The notes under the pieces are model-generated. The model searched no databases, was not told the origin of the DNA, and saw only the letters and a list, made by a program, of their open reading frames with translations. A stretch of DNA of 63,676 nt, counting the filler, from Chiloscyllium plagiosum (lineage: Eukaryota): assembly GCF_004010195.1 (NCBI RefSeq). It is 4 parts of 2 records of this genome, joined end to end, with 100 filler letters (N's around TTAATTAATTAA, not from the genome) between each part and the next. Parts side by side here need not be neighbours in the genome. Positions count along the whole stretch, not along the records: positions 1 to 30,064 come from NC_057716.1; positions 30,165 to 50,933 come from NC_057716.1; 2 more parts are not named here. One strand, given 5' to 3'. Positions within the stretch are counted from its first letter, which is position 1. Each line of letters opens with the position of its first letter. Positions 25,561-37,997 of the stretch are shown in pieces. A program made the position numbers and the translations under genes.

Positions 25561-26134
25561 ATGGGATCGTAAACAATGAACGAACGTGGAGGACATTGGG
25601 GGATGGGCAGGTCAGTGAGGGACAGGATCAGTGCAGCAGCAGGAGGGGATCCTGGACAAACTGAGCAATGGGAAGAGTCTGACAGGAGAGAAACTACAGG
25701 AAGGTTCTGTTTGGAGGTGCAGGCGGGGACAGCTGGGAGACAGTATGGCCTGGTGGCTTGGGCATGTTTTCATATCAGCCTCTTCAAAGATGCTGTAATT
25801 CAACTCTAAACCCGATTCTCCTTGTCCAGAGGTAAGGACACTACCATCATTTCCTGGTGGGCGAGTGGAAAGAAGGGAAGATGTTCTCAATCTCACTCAT
25901 ATGGAAACTCCATGAGCTCCTCCCACTTACTGTCTACAGAGGGGATGGAGGGGACAGAGCAGATGGGTTCGGGATATAGGGACTGCGTTTCAAAAGGAAC
26001 TCACCTGTGTTGGCGATATTAACAAGACTCAACACACAGTGACTAACACAAAGCTGGTGTCCGTGAACTTTATACAGAATATTAACACCTATGCAGACCC
26101 TAATGTACAGAGTTAAGTCCTGGATATTCATAAC

Positions 26135-27085
26135 AGCTTTGTGCATGGAAAATCATGTCTCATGAACTGGACCAAGTTTACTGAAGAGGTAACAAAGAGG
26201 ATCGATGAGGGCAGAGCAGTGGACATGATCTGCATGGACCTCAGTAAGGTGTTCGCAAGTTCCTCATGGGAGACTGGTTAGCAAGGTTAGACCTCATGGA
26301 ATACAGCGAGAACTAACCATTTAAATACAGAAAACTGGCTCAAAGGTAGAAGACAGAGGGTGGTGCCAGAGGGATGCTTTTCAGGCTGGAGGCCTGTGAC
26401 CAGTGGAGTGTCACAAGGATCGGTGCTGGATCCTGTACTTTTCGTCATTTATATCAATGATTTGGATGTGAACATAAGAAGTATTGTCAGTAAGTTTGCA
26501 GATGACACCAAAATTGGAGGTGTGGTCAACAGTGAAAAAAATTACCTCAGAGTACAAGGGGATCTGCATCAGATGGGTGAATGGGCTGAGGAGTTCAGTT
26601 CAGAAAAATGTGAGGTGCTGCATTTTGGAAAAGCAGACCTTGGCAGGACTTATACAGTTAATAGTACGTTCCTGGGGAGTGTTGCAAAATAAAGAGACCT
26701 TGGAGTGCAGGTTCATAGTTCCCTGAAAGTCAAGTCGCAGGTAGATAGGATAGTGAAGAAGGCAGTTGGTCTGCTTTCCTTTATTGGTCAGAGCATTGAG
26801 TATCGGTGTTTGGAGGTCATATTGCGGCTGTTCGGGACATTCATTAGGAAACTTTTGGAATATTCCATGCAATTCTGGTCTCCTTCCTATCAGAAGGATG
26901 TTCTCATACTTGAAAGGGGTCAGAAAAGAATTACAAGGATGTTGCCAAGTTTGGATAGGGTGTTTGCCCTGGAGTGTCAGAGGCCAATTTAGCGATTTAT
27001 AGTGATTTATAAAATCAGGCAGGGCATGGGTAGTTTAAATAGACAAAGACTTTTCCCTGTGGTTGGGGAGTACAGAACTAGGAGA
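26135..27085 (+). mobile_element. CR1 ORF2 RT-to-C-terminus fragment
   Basis: WRPVTSGVSQGSVLDPVLFVIYINDLD...SKFADDTKIGG. Confidence 0.92.
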
Positions 27086-27973
27086 CACGGAGGGGAGGGG
27101 AGGCAGAGAGAGGTGGGCAGAGCGTGTGTGTGAAGAGAGGGTTATGGGGATAGAGAGGGAGAGAGCGGGGAGGGATAACAGAGAGCGGGAGAAACACAGG
27201 GGGAACAGAAAAGGGGAGGGGACAGACAGTTATTTTATTTTATAGATCTACAACTCAATCCTGTTCCTGTTTTCTCCTCCTCACCTTCAATCTCTCTGAA
27301 GGGCTCAGAACAACTGTACTGTTCCTGAAAAGTAGAGTTTCAGGGAGATCAGGTGCTGAAGGTGGCATTTGGGACGGTGACCTTTATTGGACTGTGCACT
27401 GATCAATAAAGGAACCTGGATTCAATTCCGCTCTGTGTGGTGTTTGCACATTCTTCCTTTAAGTGTCTCTGCGGGCTTCCTCTGGGTGCTCTGATTTCCT
27501 CAAATAATCCAAAATCGTGCAGGTTAGGTGGATTAGTTGTGGGAAATACTTGCTAACATGGTTCAGGTGGGATGCTGTTCCGATGGTTGGTATGGTCTCA
27601 TGTGGAAACTGGCCATTCAGCCCATTTTAGGGATTCTGTGACTGAGTATAGGGGGTAGGAGGTCATGTTGTGGCGGTATAGGGCATTGGTGAGGCCTGTT
27701 TTAGAGTACTACATTCACTTCTAGTCTCCCAACTTCAGAAATATGTTACCAGAATAGGACTCAACCCCATAATGACAAGTTCCTGGGAAGTTTTGACGAA
27801 CAAATAGACCTTGCAGTGTGAGATTATAGTTCCTTGAAAGTGTGGTTGAAGGCAGACAGGTCAGTGAAGGTGGTGTTTGGTATGCTCGCTGCTTTAGGGC
27901 AGTGCACTGAGTGTCGGAGTTGCGAGATCATGTTTCGGCAATACAGTTTATTGGCTCGGTCACTTTTGGAATG

Positions 27974-28105
27974 AACCATTCCTGAAGAAGGGCTTATGCC
28001 CGAAACGTCGATTCTCCTGTTCCTTGGATGCTGCCTGACCTGCTGCGCTTTTCCAGCAACACATTTTCAGCTCTAATCTCCAGCATCTGCAGTCCTCACT
28101 TTCTC
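27974..28105 (+). mobile_element. 132-bp PLE-terminus-derived mini-element with intact hammerhead core; 13-bp TSD
   Basis: TSD cacttttggaatg at 27961-27973 and 28106-28118, interrupting a CR1 fragment. Confidence 0.88.
27978..28013 (+). ncRNA. Minimal type I hammerhead ribozyme motif
   Basis: AUUC-CUGAAGA-A-GGGC UUAU GCCC-GAAA-C-GUC-GAUU; predicted cleavage after C28009; weak stem I. Confidence 0.7.
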
Positions 28106-28399
28106 CACTTTTGGAATGCTCAAACTGCTTTCAATTCCAGTCTCCCTACAATAGGAAATATGTTGGGAAACTTGGAAGAGTTCAGAAAAGATTTACAAGG
28201 GTGTTGCCAGTATTGAAATATTTGAACCATAGGGAAGAGCTGAGGATATTTTCCCTGGAGCAGTGGACACTATGGGATGGCATTATACAACCTCTTCAAG
28301 GCTGCAATGTTTCCTGCATCTGTCACCATTTCAGATGCTGCCTGACCTGCTGAGGATCTCCAGCACTTTTTGGTTTTATTGCAGATTTCCACCATTTTG

Positions 28400-30064
28400 C
28401 TGAAGCACTTGGAGACAGAGAGCTGTACAGGTCCAGGTTTTGTTGACTGATTGCTGGGATGGCAGGACTGATGGATGAAGAGAGACTCAATCCTCGTTTA
28501 ATCCTCCTTTCCTTTGGCTTTGAGCTGCTGAATACCTCAGTAATATTCTACCTCCCACTCCCTGACCTGAATCAGACCCATCTAAGCCTACACTTTAATT
28601 CCCATCCCCCTGCTAGACTAGTTACAACCTCACAATGGAACTGTAAAAGCCCCCACCAGGATATTTCTCCCAGCTCTGCCCAGGGGTAACTGGTCAGGCT
28701 GGTACAGGTCCCACCCAGAAACAGTTCCAGTGCCTGAAGAATCTAAACCTTTCCCCAGTCACACCTCCAGCTGATCTGCCCTCTTATTCATGCTCTCACT
28801 AGCACATGGCACTGGGTGCAAGTCTCGCGTTATTACATTTCAGGAGCTACATTTTAATGCACCCTTGATCTCCCTATATCCAGTTTTCAGGCCCTCATCC
28901 CTTTGTTTAGCGATGTCATTGGCATCTATGTGTTCCACCACCACTGGCTGTTAAACCTCCAGCTCCAGAATGTCCTCCAGCAGCTCCATGATATCACAGA
29001 TCCCAGCTCCAGGAGGTAACGTACCATCCTGGATTCATGTCTGTGGCCACAGCAGTGCCCGCCCTAACCCTGACCATTGAATCCCCTGTCACTCTCGCCA
29101 TGTTTCCTCTCTTTCCTCCCGCTCTGTGCAGCAGAGCTCTGTGGTGTCATGAAGCTGGCTGTTGCTGATTTCCCGAGAAGCCACCCCACCCATTCTCGCC
29201 CTTACAGATTCCCAAGCAGTATACAGTTTCTGTTTGAGAAGAGGATGACCACTGGGGACTCCTGCACTCCCTTCCTGAGCCTTTTACTTGATCCGATGGT
29301 CATCCATTCCCTTTCTTCCTGTGTAACCCGCACCTGCAGTGTGATGGACTCACTAAACATGCTGTCCATAACATTCTCAGTATCGCAGAAGCTCCACAGT
29401 GAGTCCACTCTCAGCTCCAACTCTGAAAAGCAGTTTCCCAGTAACTGCAGATGGGAACCCTTCCTGCACACATAACCGTTAGGGACACTGGAAGTGTCCC
29501 ATATTTCCCACATTGTGCAAGAAGAGCACACCACAGCTCTGAGGTGCCCTGTCACAACATCTCTCTACATTCATCTAGTTACTCCCATTAAGAGAATTTA
29601 AATGAGTGAGCAACCTTCCTTCACTTCAAACATGTCCATTATAACAACAAAAAAAACTTTACTTAAGCTGATATGTCATACTTTAAAAACTTAAATACTC
29701 CCCAGGTATCACTGACAAACTGGCTATTCCCATTGGGACTGTGAATTTCTGAAAGGCCTGAACTAAAACTGAGTTTCAGCTTCACCTTCTCCCTGTCTCA
29801 CCTCACTATTTACACCCAACTCCAAAACACTCTCATTGAGCCAAGCAGCNNNNNNNNNNNNNNNNNACACTGCCCTCAGCCTCCTGTACTGTTCCAATGC
29901 ACCTCAATGGGAGCTCAGGACCAGCATTGCATCTTTCAATTCAGCCCTTTGTAACCCCAGAGTCAAAATGGACTTCAGCAGTTTCTGAATGAACAGACAG
30001 TTGTCAGAATCTGGAATGTTCCACCTGAAATGGTGCTGGAATTTGAGTCCACAAGGAATTTCAA
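28400..30064 (-). repeat. Inverted paralog of ~8237-10150 (includes CR1 ORF1 relic)
   Basis: Minus ORF 29202..29555 aligns with ORF 8996..9283; flanking non-TE sequence is also shared. Confidence 0.9.
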
Positions 30065-30164
30065 NNNNNNNNNNNNNNNNNNNNNNNNNNNNNNNNNNNN
30101 NNNNNNNNTTAATTAATTAANNNNNNNNNNNNNNNNNNNNNNNNNNNNNNNNNNNNNNNNNNNN
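30065..30164. other. Artificial scaffold linker N44-TTAATTAATTAA-N44
   Basis: Identical 100-nt construct also at 50934-51033 and 60862-60961. Confidence 0.95.
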
Positions 30165-31830
30165 CCATCTGGTCAAGATCCTGTTGTAATCTGAGGTAAC
30201 CCTCTTCGCTGTCCACTACACCTCCAATTTTGGTGTCATTTGCAAACTTACTAACTGTACCTCTTATGCTCACATCCAAATCATTTATGTAAATGACAAA
30301 AAGTAGAGAACCCAGCACCAATCCTTGTGGCACTCCACTGGCCACAGACCTCCAGTCTGAAAAACAACCCTCCACCACCAGCCTCTGTCTTCTACCTTTG
30401 AGCCAATTCTGTATCCAAATGGCTAGTTCTCCCTTTATTCCATGAGATCTAACCTTACTAATCACTCTCCCATGGGGAACCTTGTTGAACGCCTTACAGA
30501 AGTCCATATAGATCACATCTACTGCCCTGCCCTCATCAATCTTCTTTGTTACTTCTTCAAAAAACCCAATCAAGTTTGTGAGACATGATTTCCCACGCAC
30601 AAAGCCATGTTGACTATCCCGAATCAGTCCTCGCCTTTCCAAATACATGTACATCCTGTCCCTCAGCTTCCCTCAAACAACTTGCTCACCAGTGAAGTCA
30701 GGCTTACTGGTCTATAGTTCCCTGGCTTGTCTTTACCACCCTTCTTAAACAAAGGCACCACGTTTGCCAACATCCAGTCTTCCGGCACTTCACCTGTGAC
30801 TATTGGTGATACACATATCTCAGCAAGAGGCCCAGCAATCGTTTCTCTAGCTTCCCACAGAGTTCTCAGGTATACCTGATCAGGTCCTGGGGATATATCC
30901 ACCTTTAACAGTTTCAAGACATCCGGCACTTCCTCCTCTGTTATCTGGACATTTGCATGATGTCACCATCTATTTCCCTACAGTCTATATCTTCCATATC
31001 CTTTCCCACAGTAAATAAATGATGAGGTAAATAAATATATTAATGTAGTATCTCCCCTATTTTCTGTGGCTCCACACAAAGGCTGCCTTGCTGATCTTTG
31101 AGGGGCCCTATTCTCTCCCTAGTTACCCTTTTGTCCTTAATATATTTGTAAAAACCCTTTGGGTTCTCCTTAATTCTTTTTGCCATTGCTATCTCTTGTC
31201 CCCTTTTTGCCCTCCTGATTTCCCTCTTAAGTATACTCCTACTTCCTTTATACTCTTCTAAGGATTCACTCAATCTACCCTGTTATACCTGACATATGCT
31301 TCCTTCTTTTTCTTAACCAAACCCTCAATTTCTTTCATCATCCAGCATTCCCCATACCTGCCAGCCTTCCCTTTCACCCTGACAAGAATATACTTTCTCT
31401 GGATTCTTGTTATCTCATTTCTGAAGGCTTCCCATTTTCCAGCCGTCCCTTTACCTGCGAATATCTGCCTCCAATCAGTTTTCGAACGTTCTTACCTAAT
31501 ACCATCAAAATTGGCCTTTCTTCAATTTAGAACTTCAACTTTTAGATCTGGTCTATCCTTTTTCATCACTATTTTAAAACAAATAGAATTATGGTCGCTA
31601 GCCCTAAAGTGCTCCCCCACTGACACCTCAGTCACCTGCCCTGCCTTATTTCCCAAGAGTAGGTCAAGTTTTGCACCTTCTCTAGTAGGTACATTCATCA
31701 GAAAATTGTCTTGTACACACTTAAGAAATTCCTCTCCACCTAAACCTTTAACAGTGTGGCAGTCCCAGTCGATGTTTGAGAAGTTAAAATCCCCGACCAT
31801 AACTACCCTATTATTCTTACAGGTGGATGA
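30165..31830 (-). mobile_element. CR1 ORF2 (APE C-terminus to RT), relatively young
   Basis: VGDFNFSNIDW, GPDQVY, GNYRPVSLTS, QHGFVRGKSCLTNL, YMDFCKAF, GVPQG, FANDTK. Confidence 0.95.
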
Positions 31831-33028
31831 GATCTCCTTACAACAGAAACTACTCCATAATAAAACTAATAATAACCTGAACCGTAAACTACTCCATAAT
31901 AAAAGTAATGATAACTATGTTGCCTCTCCAGTAAACGACTCCCGAGCAAAACTATAATGACCCTGCTGCCACAACAGTAAACTACTCGCAAACAAAGCTA
32001 ACAATAATCCTGCGGCCTCAATAGTAAACTATTCCCGAACAAAACTAACAATAGCCCTGCTGCCTCTCCAGTAAAATACTCCCTAACAAAACTAATAATA
32101 ATCCCGCTGCCTCAGCAGCAAACTACTCCTGAACAAATATAATAATGACCCTTTGGCCAGTGTCAGAAAATACTCCATAATAAAACTAATAATAACCCTG
32201 CTGCCTTTATTGCAAACTACTCCCTTACAAAGCTAATGATAACCCTGCTGCCTCTATAGTAAACTACTCCCTTATAAAGCTAATAATAACCCTGTTGCCT
32301 CTATAGTAAACTACTCCAAAATAAAACTGATAATAACCCGGCTGCCTCTGCAGTAAACTACTCCCAAACAAAACTCACAATAACCTTGCCACCTCAAAAG
32401 GAAACTCCTCCTGAACAAAGCGAATCATAACCCTGATGCCTCAACAGTAAGCTACTCCCTAACAAAACTAATAGTAACCCTGCTGCATTATTGTAAATAA
32501 CTTTCGAGCAAAACTAATAATAACCCTGCTACCTCTATCGGAAACAACTTGCGAACAAAACTAATAATAACCCTGCTACCTTTCCAGTTAACTACTAGCC
32601 CTGCTGCCTCAAGAAATAACAATAACAACTCTGCTGCCTCTACAGGTAAGTACTCCATAAAAAAACTAATAATAACCCTGCTGCCTGTGTCATAAACTAC
32701 ACCTGAACAAAACTAATAATAACCCTGTTGCCTCTACCATAGAGTACTTCCTGCTGCCTCAAGTGTAAAATACTGTCAAACAAAGAGAATAATAAAACTG
32801 CTACCTCTGTAGGAAACTAAACCTAATTAAGCTAATACTAACCCTACTGCCTCTAGAGTAAACTAATCCTGAAAAAGCGAATAAAAACCTTGCTGCCTCT
32901 CGAGTAAACTACTCCATAATAAATCTAATAATAACCCTGCTCCCTCAACAAATAATCTACTCTGAAACAAAAGTAATAATACTCCTGCTGCCTCTATCGT
33001 ACACTGCTCACGAACAAAGCTAATAATA

Positions 33029-33150
33029 TTGATTTGGAGATGCCGGTGTTGGACTGGGGTGTACAAAGTTAAAAATCACAGAATACCAGGTTATAGTCCA
33101 ACAGGTTTAACTGGAAGCAACGGAGCGACGCACCTTCATCAGGTGGTTGT
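33029..33150 (-). mobile_element. PLE-terminus-derived mini-element (AGCU family) inserted in the satellite
   Basis: Reverse complement cacCTGATGAaggtgcgtcgctccg...; the AAA-GCUA part of the core is deleted. Confidence 0.7.
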
Positions 33151-33448
33151 AACCCTACTGCATCTATCGTAAGCAACTTCTGAGCAAAACTAATAATAAC
33201 CCTGCTACCTGTCCAGTGAACTACTCTGGAACAAAACTAATAATAACCCTGCTACCTGTCCAGTGAACTACTCTGGAACAAAACTAATAATAACCCTGCT
33301 ACCTGTCCAGTGAACTACTCCGGAACAAAACTAATAATAACCCTGCTGCCTCCTCAGTAAACTACTAGCCCTGCTGCCTCATGAGTAAACTACTCCTGAA
33401 GAAAACTAATAACAACTCTGCTGCCTCTACAGGTAAGTACTCCATAAA

Positions 33449-33534
33449 TCATCTGATGAAGGAGTGGCGCTCCAAAAGCTAGTGCTTCAAATTAAATTTG
33501 TTGGACTATAACCTGGTGGTGTGTGATTTTTAAC
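33449..33534 (+). mobile_element. PLE-terminus-derived mini-element (AGCU family) with near-intact hammerhead core
   Basis: cat-CUGAUGA-A-GGAG UGGCG CUCC-aAAA-GCUA-gug; G12 replaced by A, consistent with CpG decay. Confidence 0.7.
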
Positions 33535-33970
33535 GAAATAATAACCTTGCGTCATCAACAGAAAAGTACTCGCTAACAAAACTATTAATAACCCCGCTGC
33601 CTCAAAAGTAAGCTATTCCCTAACGAGACTAATAACAATCTTGTTGCCTCATCCGCAAACTACTTCTTAACAAAGTTAATAATAATCCTGCTGCCTGTAC
33701 AGTAAACTACTCCCGAAAAAATCTCATTAATAACCCTGCTGTCTCATCAGTAAACTAATCCCGAACAAAATTAATAATAACCCTGCTGCCTCTCCAGTAA
33801 ACTACACCCAAACAAAACAAATAATAACCCTTCTGTGTCTAAAGTAAACTACTCCCTAACAAAACTATTAATAACCTGCTGCCTCGTTAGTAAACTACTC
33901 CCGAACAAAACTATTAATAACCCTGCTGCCTTTCCAGTAAACTACTCCCCAACAAAAATAATAATAATAT

Positions 33971-34232
33971 GATTAGATATGACATTACTTGCAGTGTGGA
34001 AACAGGCCCTTCGGCCCAACAAATCCATACCGCCCCGCCCCCACCCAGACCCATTCCCCTGCACCTAACACTACAGGCAATTTAGTGTGGCCGATTCAGC
34101 TAACCTGCACATTTTTGGACTGTGGGAGGAAACCAGAGCATCTGGAGGAAACCTGGGCAGAATGTGCAAACTCCACACAGTCAGTCACCTGAGGTGGGAA
34201 TTGAACCTGGGTCTCTGGCATTGTGAGGCAAC
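33971..34232 (-). mobile_element. HE1-type SINE
   Basis: Reverse complement matches 22238-22557. Confidence 0.85.
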
Positions 34233-34239
34233 GGAAATG

Positions 34240-36500
34240 TTTAACTGAGATGTCTGATGCGTGTTTTTTTTTACGTAAAGAATAGAAAGTGCCTTGGGAG
34301 ATCGTAGAAGCAGAAATGTTAGCAAAGTTTTCAAGTGGCATTTAGCAGACATATGAACATATAGCGAGTAGAGCAATATGGACCATTTGCAGGCAGATAG
34401 TATTAGATTGGAATAACATCATGGTCAAAAAAGCCATGGTGGTTGCTAAACTATTTTCTGACTTCCAGGCATCTACCCTGTCAAAACTCTTTGGAATCTT
34501 GAATGTTTCATGAAATATTTCACACATTCTTCTAAATTCCAATGAGTTCAAACTCAATCCATTCATGATCTTCTCATGAGCAAAGCCCTCGATTGTCAAG
34601 ATCAGTCTAGTGAACCTTCTCACGCCTGCCTTCAATGCAATTATTCTGTTCAGAACGTTCTGGGTGTGGTCTAACTCGTACCTTGTATAGTTTCAGCAAC
34701 ACCTCCCTGTTTTTATTCTCCATTCCCTTTGAAATAAATGCCAGCATTTGATTTGCCTTCTCCACTACCCGTGGAACCTGTAAGCAACCTTTTTCAGATT
34801 GATACACAAGGGACTCCCAAAAGCCTTTGAGCAAATATTCAGAAACCAAATGGTGTTAGCCTGACAGTAAGTTTGAAATGTCCTGGAATGTGTTAGAAAG
34901 GACATCTCAATAAAAATAACTGGGCTCTTAGAAACATTGGGAGACATGTTTCATAAAAGATAGTTCTTTTTATGAGCCTATTTGATTTTATTTGTGGGTA
35001 TGGCTATAGGCAGAATAATTGGTAGAATAGTTAAGAATGAGGGAGAGGAATGGTGGTGGGGAAATATGGTTTATTTGAAGTTTCTGAAGCTTTTTGACAA
35101 GGTTCCAAAGAATAAATAAGGAGAGAATAGAGGCCTGTAAAGATCAACAATGCCGTCTAGGTGTGGAACCAGAGGAGATGAGTAGGATATTGACAAAAAT
35201 TTCCCGTCAGAATTTACTGTGGAGAAAGACATGAACAGTTCGGAACATGGGAAATAAATAATGATGCTTTGGAAAGAATCCACAACAGAGAAAAAAAGGT
35301 ACTGGAAGTCTTCAAACGAATAGAGGTAGCTTTATCCTCAGGAACTCATCAGGTGGATCCCAGGATATTTTGGCAAGCTAGGGACCCCAACCGAGATTAT
35401 GTGTGTCATCGACATCCACAGTGAGGTGCCGTAAGACTGGAGGGTAGCTAATGCTTTTCCATCACTTCCTGCCTTTGTAAAACTGTCCTTCACTAACAAT
35501 GCCACATCTCCCCCTCTTTCACCATCTTCCTTGTTCTTACTGAAACATCTAAACCCTGAAACCTGCAACAACATTCCTGCCCCTGCTCTATCTATGTCTC
35601 CGAAATGGCCACAGTATTGAAGTCCCAGGTACCAACACATGCTGCAAGTTTACCCACCTTATTCCGGATGTTCCTGGTGTTGAAGTAGATGCACTTCAAA
35701 CCACCTTCCTGCTTGCAGGTACATTCTTTCGACCTTGAACTCTTATTGATGACCTCACTACTCTCAACCTCATGTACAGTGGCGCTACAATTCAGGTTCC
35801 CAGCTGAATTAGTTTAAACTCTCTCAAAAAGCATGAGCAAATTTCCCTCCCAGGATATTGGTACCCCTTGGTTCAGGTGTAAACAATCCCATTTGTTGAA
35901 GTCCCACTTACCCCAGAATGAGCCTCAATTATCCAAGTATCTGAGTCTCTCCCCCCTGCACCATCCCTGTAGGCATGCATTCAACTCCTCTCTCTTCCTA
36001 TTCCTCACCTCACCAGCACGTGGCATGGTTAACAAACCAGAGATAACAACTCTGTTTGTTCTAGCTCTAAGTTTCAACCATAACTCCCTGAATTTCTGCC
36101 TTAAATCCCAATCCCTTCTCTACCTATGTCATTGGTGCTTATGCGAACCATGACTTGGGGCTGCTCCCCCTCCCCTCTCAAGGAATCCGAAAACAGGATC
36201 CAAGACATAACAAACCCTGGCACCTGGGAGGCAACATACCAACTGTGATTCCACTCTGTTGATAAGACATGACCTTCCCTGCACAAAACCATGTTGCCTA
36301 TCACTGATAAGCCCATTTTCTTCCAAATGGGATTAATTCTATTCCTCATTATCTTCTCCAGCAGTTTCCCTACCATGAATGTCAGGCTCATCGGTCTATA
36401 ATGATCTGAATTATCCCTGCTACCCTTCTCGCTCGTACACCCTGGGCCCCATACGACTTCACTTTCTCCATCAGCCTAACATGGGGAATCTTATCAAACG
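34240..36500. mobile_element. Mosaic of CR1 fragments (ORF2 pieces on both strands; ORF1 esterase and APE start on minus at ~35460-36250)
   Basis: KANQMLAFISKG..LYK..VRPH; VCCLPGARV; GEGEQPQVMV..STNDIGR; QHGFVQGRSCL. Confidence 0.75.
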
Positions 36501-37050
36501 CTTTATAATTTTTTTTAAAAGTAAATATTTGTGTCTTGAAATCTCTTATGTTCTTTCAATTAATATTATGGGAGGTATCGAGTTATTATAGTAAGGGAAT
36601 AATTGGTTTCCTTTGTACAGCTTCTGGGAGGAACTTCAAAATTTGTCGCCCTTGGCAACAGTTTGAAGGAAACCAAATCCCGTACTGACACATAAAACTC
36701 AAAAGGTGAAAAGGAAAAAGGTAAGTCCTCCTTTATGTTCCGTATCAGGAATGAAACATTCTGAAATTGTAATACATAAACTTTAAACTTTACAACTAAG
36801 TCTGATTCATCTTTCCACAAGCTGGCACTTTGTCCTCAATATGCTGTGAAACAGTTCCCCTTACAATTATAATCAATACATTAGCATTGCTGGGAATTAA
36901 ATCATTTAATATTTTTAATTGTATGTTTGAAGCAATAACAATGCTGCTGTTTGCATAAGTATGCGTGTGTTGCTTTATGAATAGAATATTTCTGTGTTTA
37001 AGATAAGTAAACTTGAAGGCTGGGATAGTAAGCACAAACATTTCACATGT

Positions 37051-37182
37051 GGGAGGAGAAAGTGAGGACTGCAGATCCTGGATGTCAGAGACGTGAGTGT
37101 GGTACTAGAAAAATACAGATATCAGGCAGCATCCAAGGAGCAGGAGAATCGATATTATGGGCATTAGCCCTTCATCAGGAAT
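37051..37182 (-). mobile_element. 132-bp PLE-terminus-derived mini-element, older copy; 12-bp TSD
   Basis: TSD catttcacatgt 37039-37050 vs catttcccatgt 37183-37194; minus core CTGATGAAGGGCTAATGCCC with GAAA mutated. Confidence 0.8.
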
Positions 37183-37997
37183 CATTTCCCATGTCTGGTA
37201 AATACATCCAAAGTCTTGCTTCAAACATTGGCATTTTTCAATGTTCACAAAGTCAGGGACTGACGTCCACAATTGTTAATTCTTTTTAGGATAGGTAAGG
37301 AAGAACTGAACCTAGGTTATATAATAACTCAGATAGCCAATCATCTGTGTAGCTGGCTGATTAGAGTCTTTGTGGCGCTGCTCTTTGTGTCTGCCCTAGT
37401 CAAAAATCAGCCATCTATTCTTATCCAATTTTCTACCATTTAGCCCATAGCCTTCCAGGTATTTTAATCAACATATTCTGATACATGATGACATTTGTCT
37501 GGCACAAGTGGAACTCAAACCCAGATGTCCTCTCTCAGCACATGACCCTTTGAAAGAATTTGCATTTCTTGGTGTTTTAATCTATCTATTCAGACAGACT
37601 TGTGACTACCTTCTGAAGCAGGAAGAACCTGAACTGAATCCCATGTCCCAAAGATAGGAATGATATCTACACAATGCCACAAGAGCACCACCCCAAACCA
37701 CATAGCTTTGGGTGCTATGGCATTTCACGAGCCCATTAAAATAGTTCTTCAATGTCTCGAGGGTTCCTGTCTCTGCCAATCTTTAAAGCAGTAGTTGCAG
37801 ATACCCACCACCCCCTTGATGGAATGTTTTTACTCAATTCCTCTCTAAACATTCTGCTTCTTGTATTACACAGTAGCCCCTGATTATTAACGAGGAAGGA
37901 AAGAAATTTTTCCACGCCCCTTACAATCTTTACACCTCAACCAGATTCCCCCTCAGCCTTCTGTGCTCTATTGAAGACATCCCCAGGTTATTTAGTC

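Larger units (their letters stand above)
31845..33965. repeat. ~47-bp satellite array (about 40 diverged units)
   Basis: Consensus close to aaactactcccgaacaaaactaataataaccctgctgcctctccagt; three near-identical units at ~33186-33345. Confidence 0.95.

Noticed and set aside
27085..27225. Purine-rich tract and G-runs (also 6373-6396 and C-rich 45135-45170) as functional G4/triplex elements
   Set aside because: These are low-complexity tracts inside decayed repeats with no evidence of conservation.
31845..33965. Repeat array as a CRISPR-like locus
   Set aside because: Units are contiguous degenerate copies with no unique spacers, no cas genes are present, and the context is eukaryotic.
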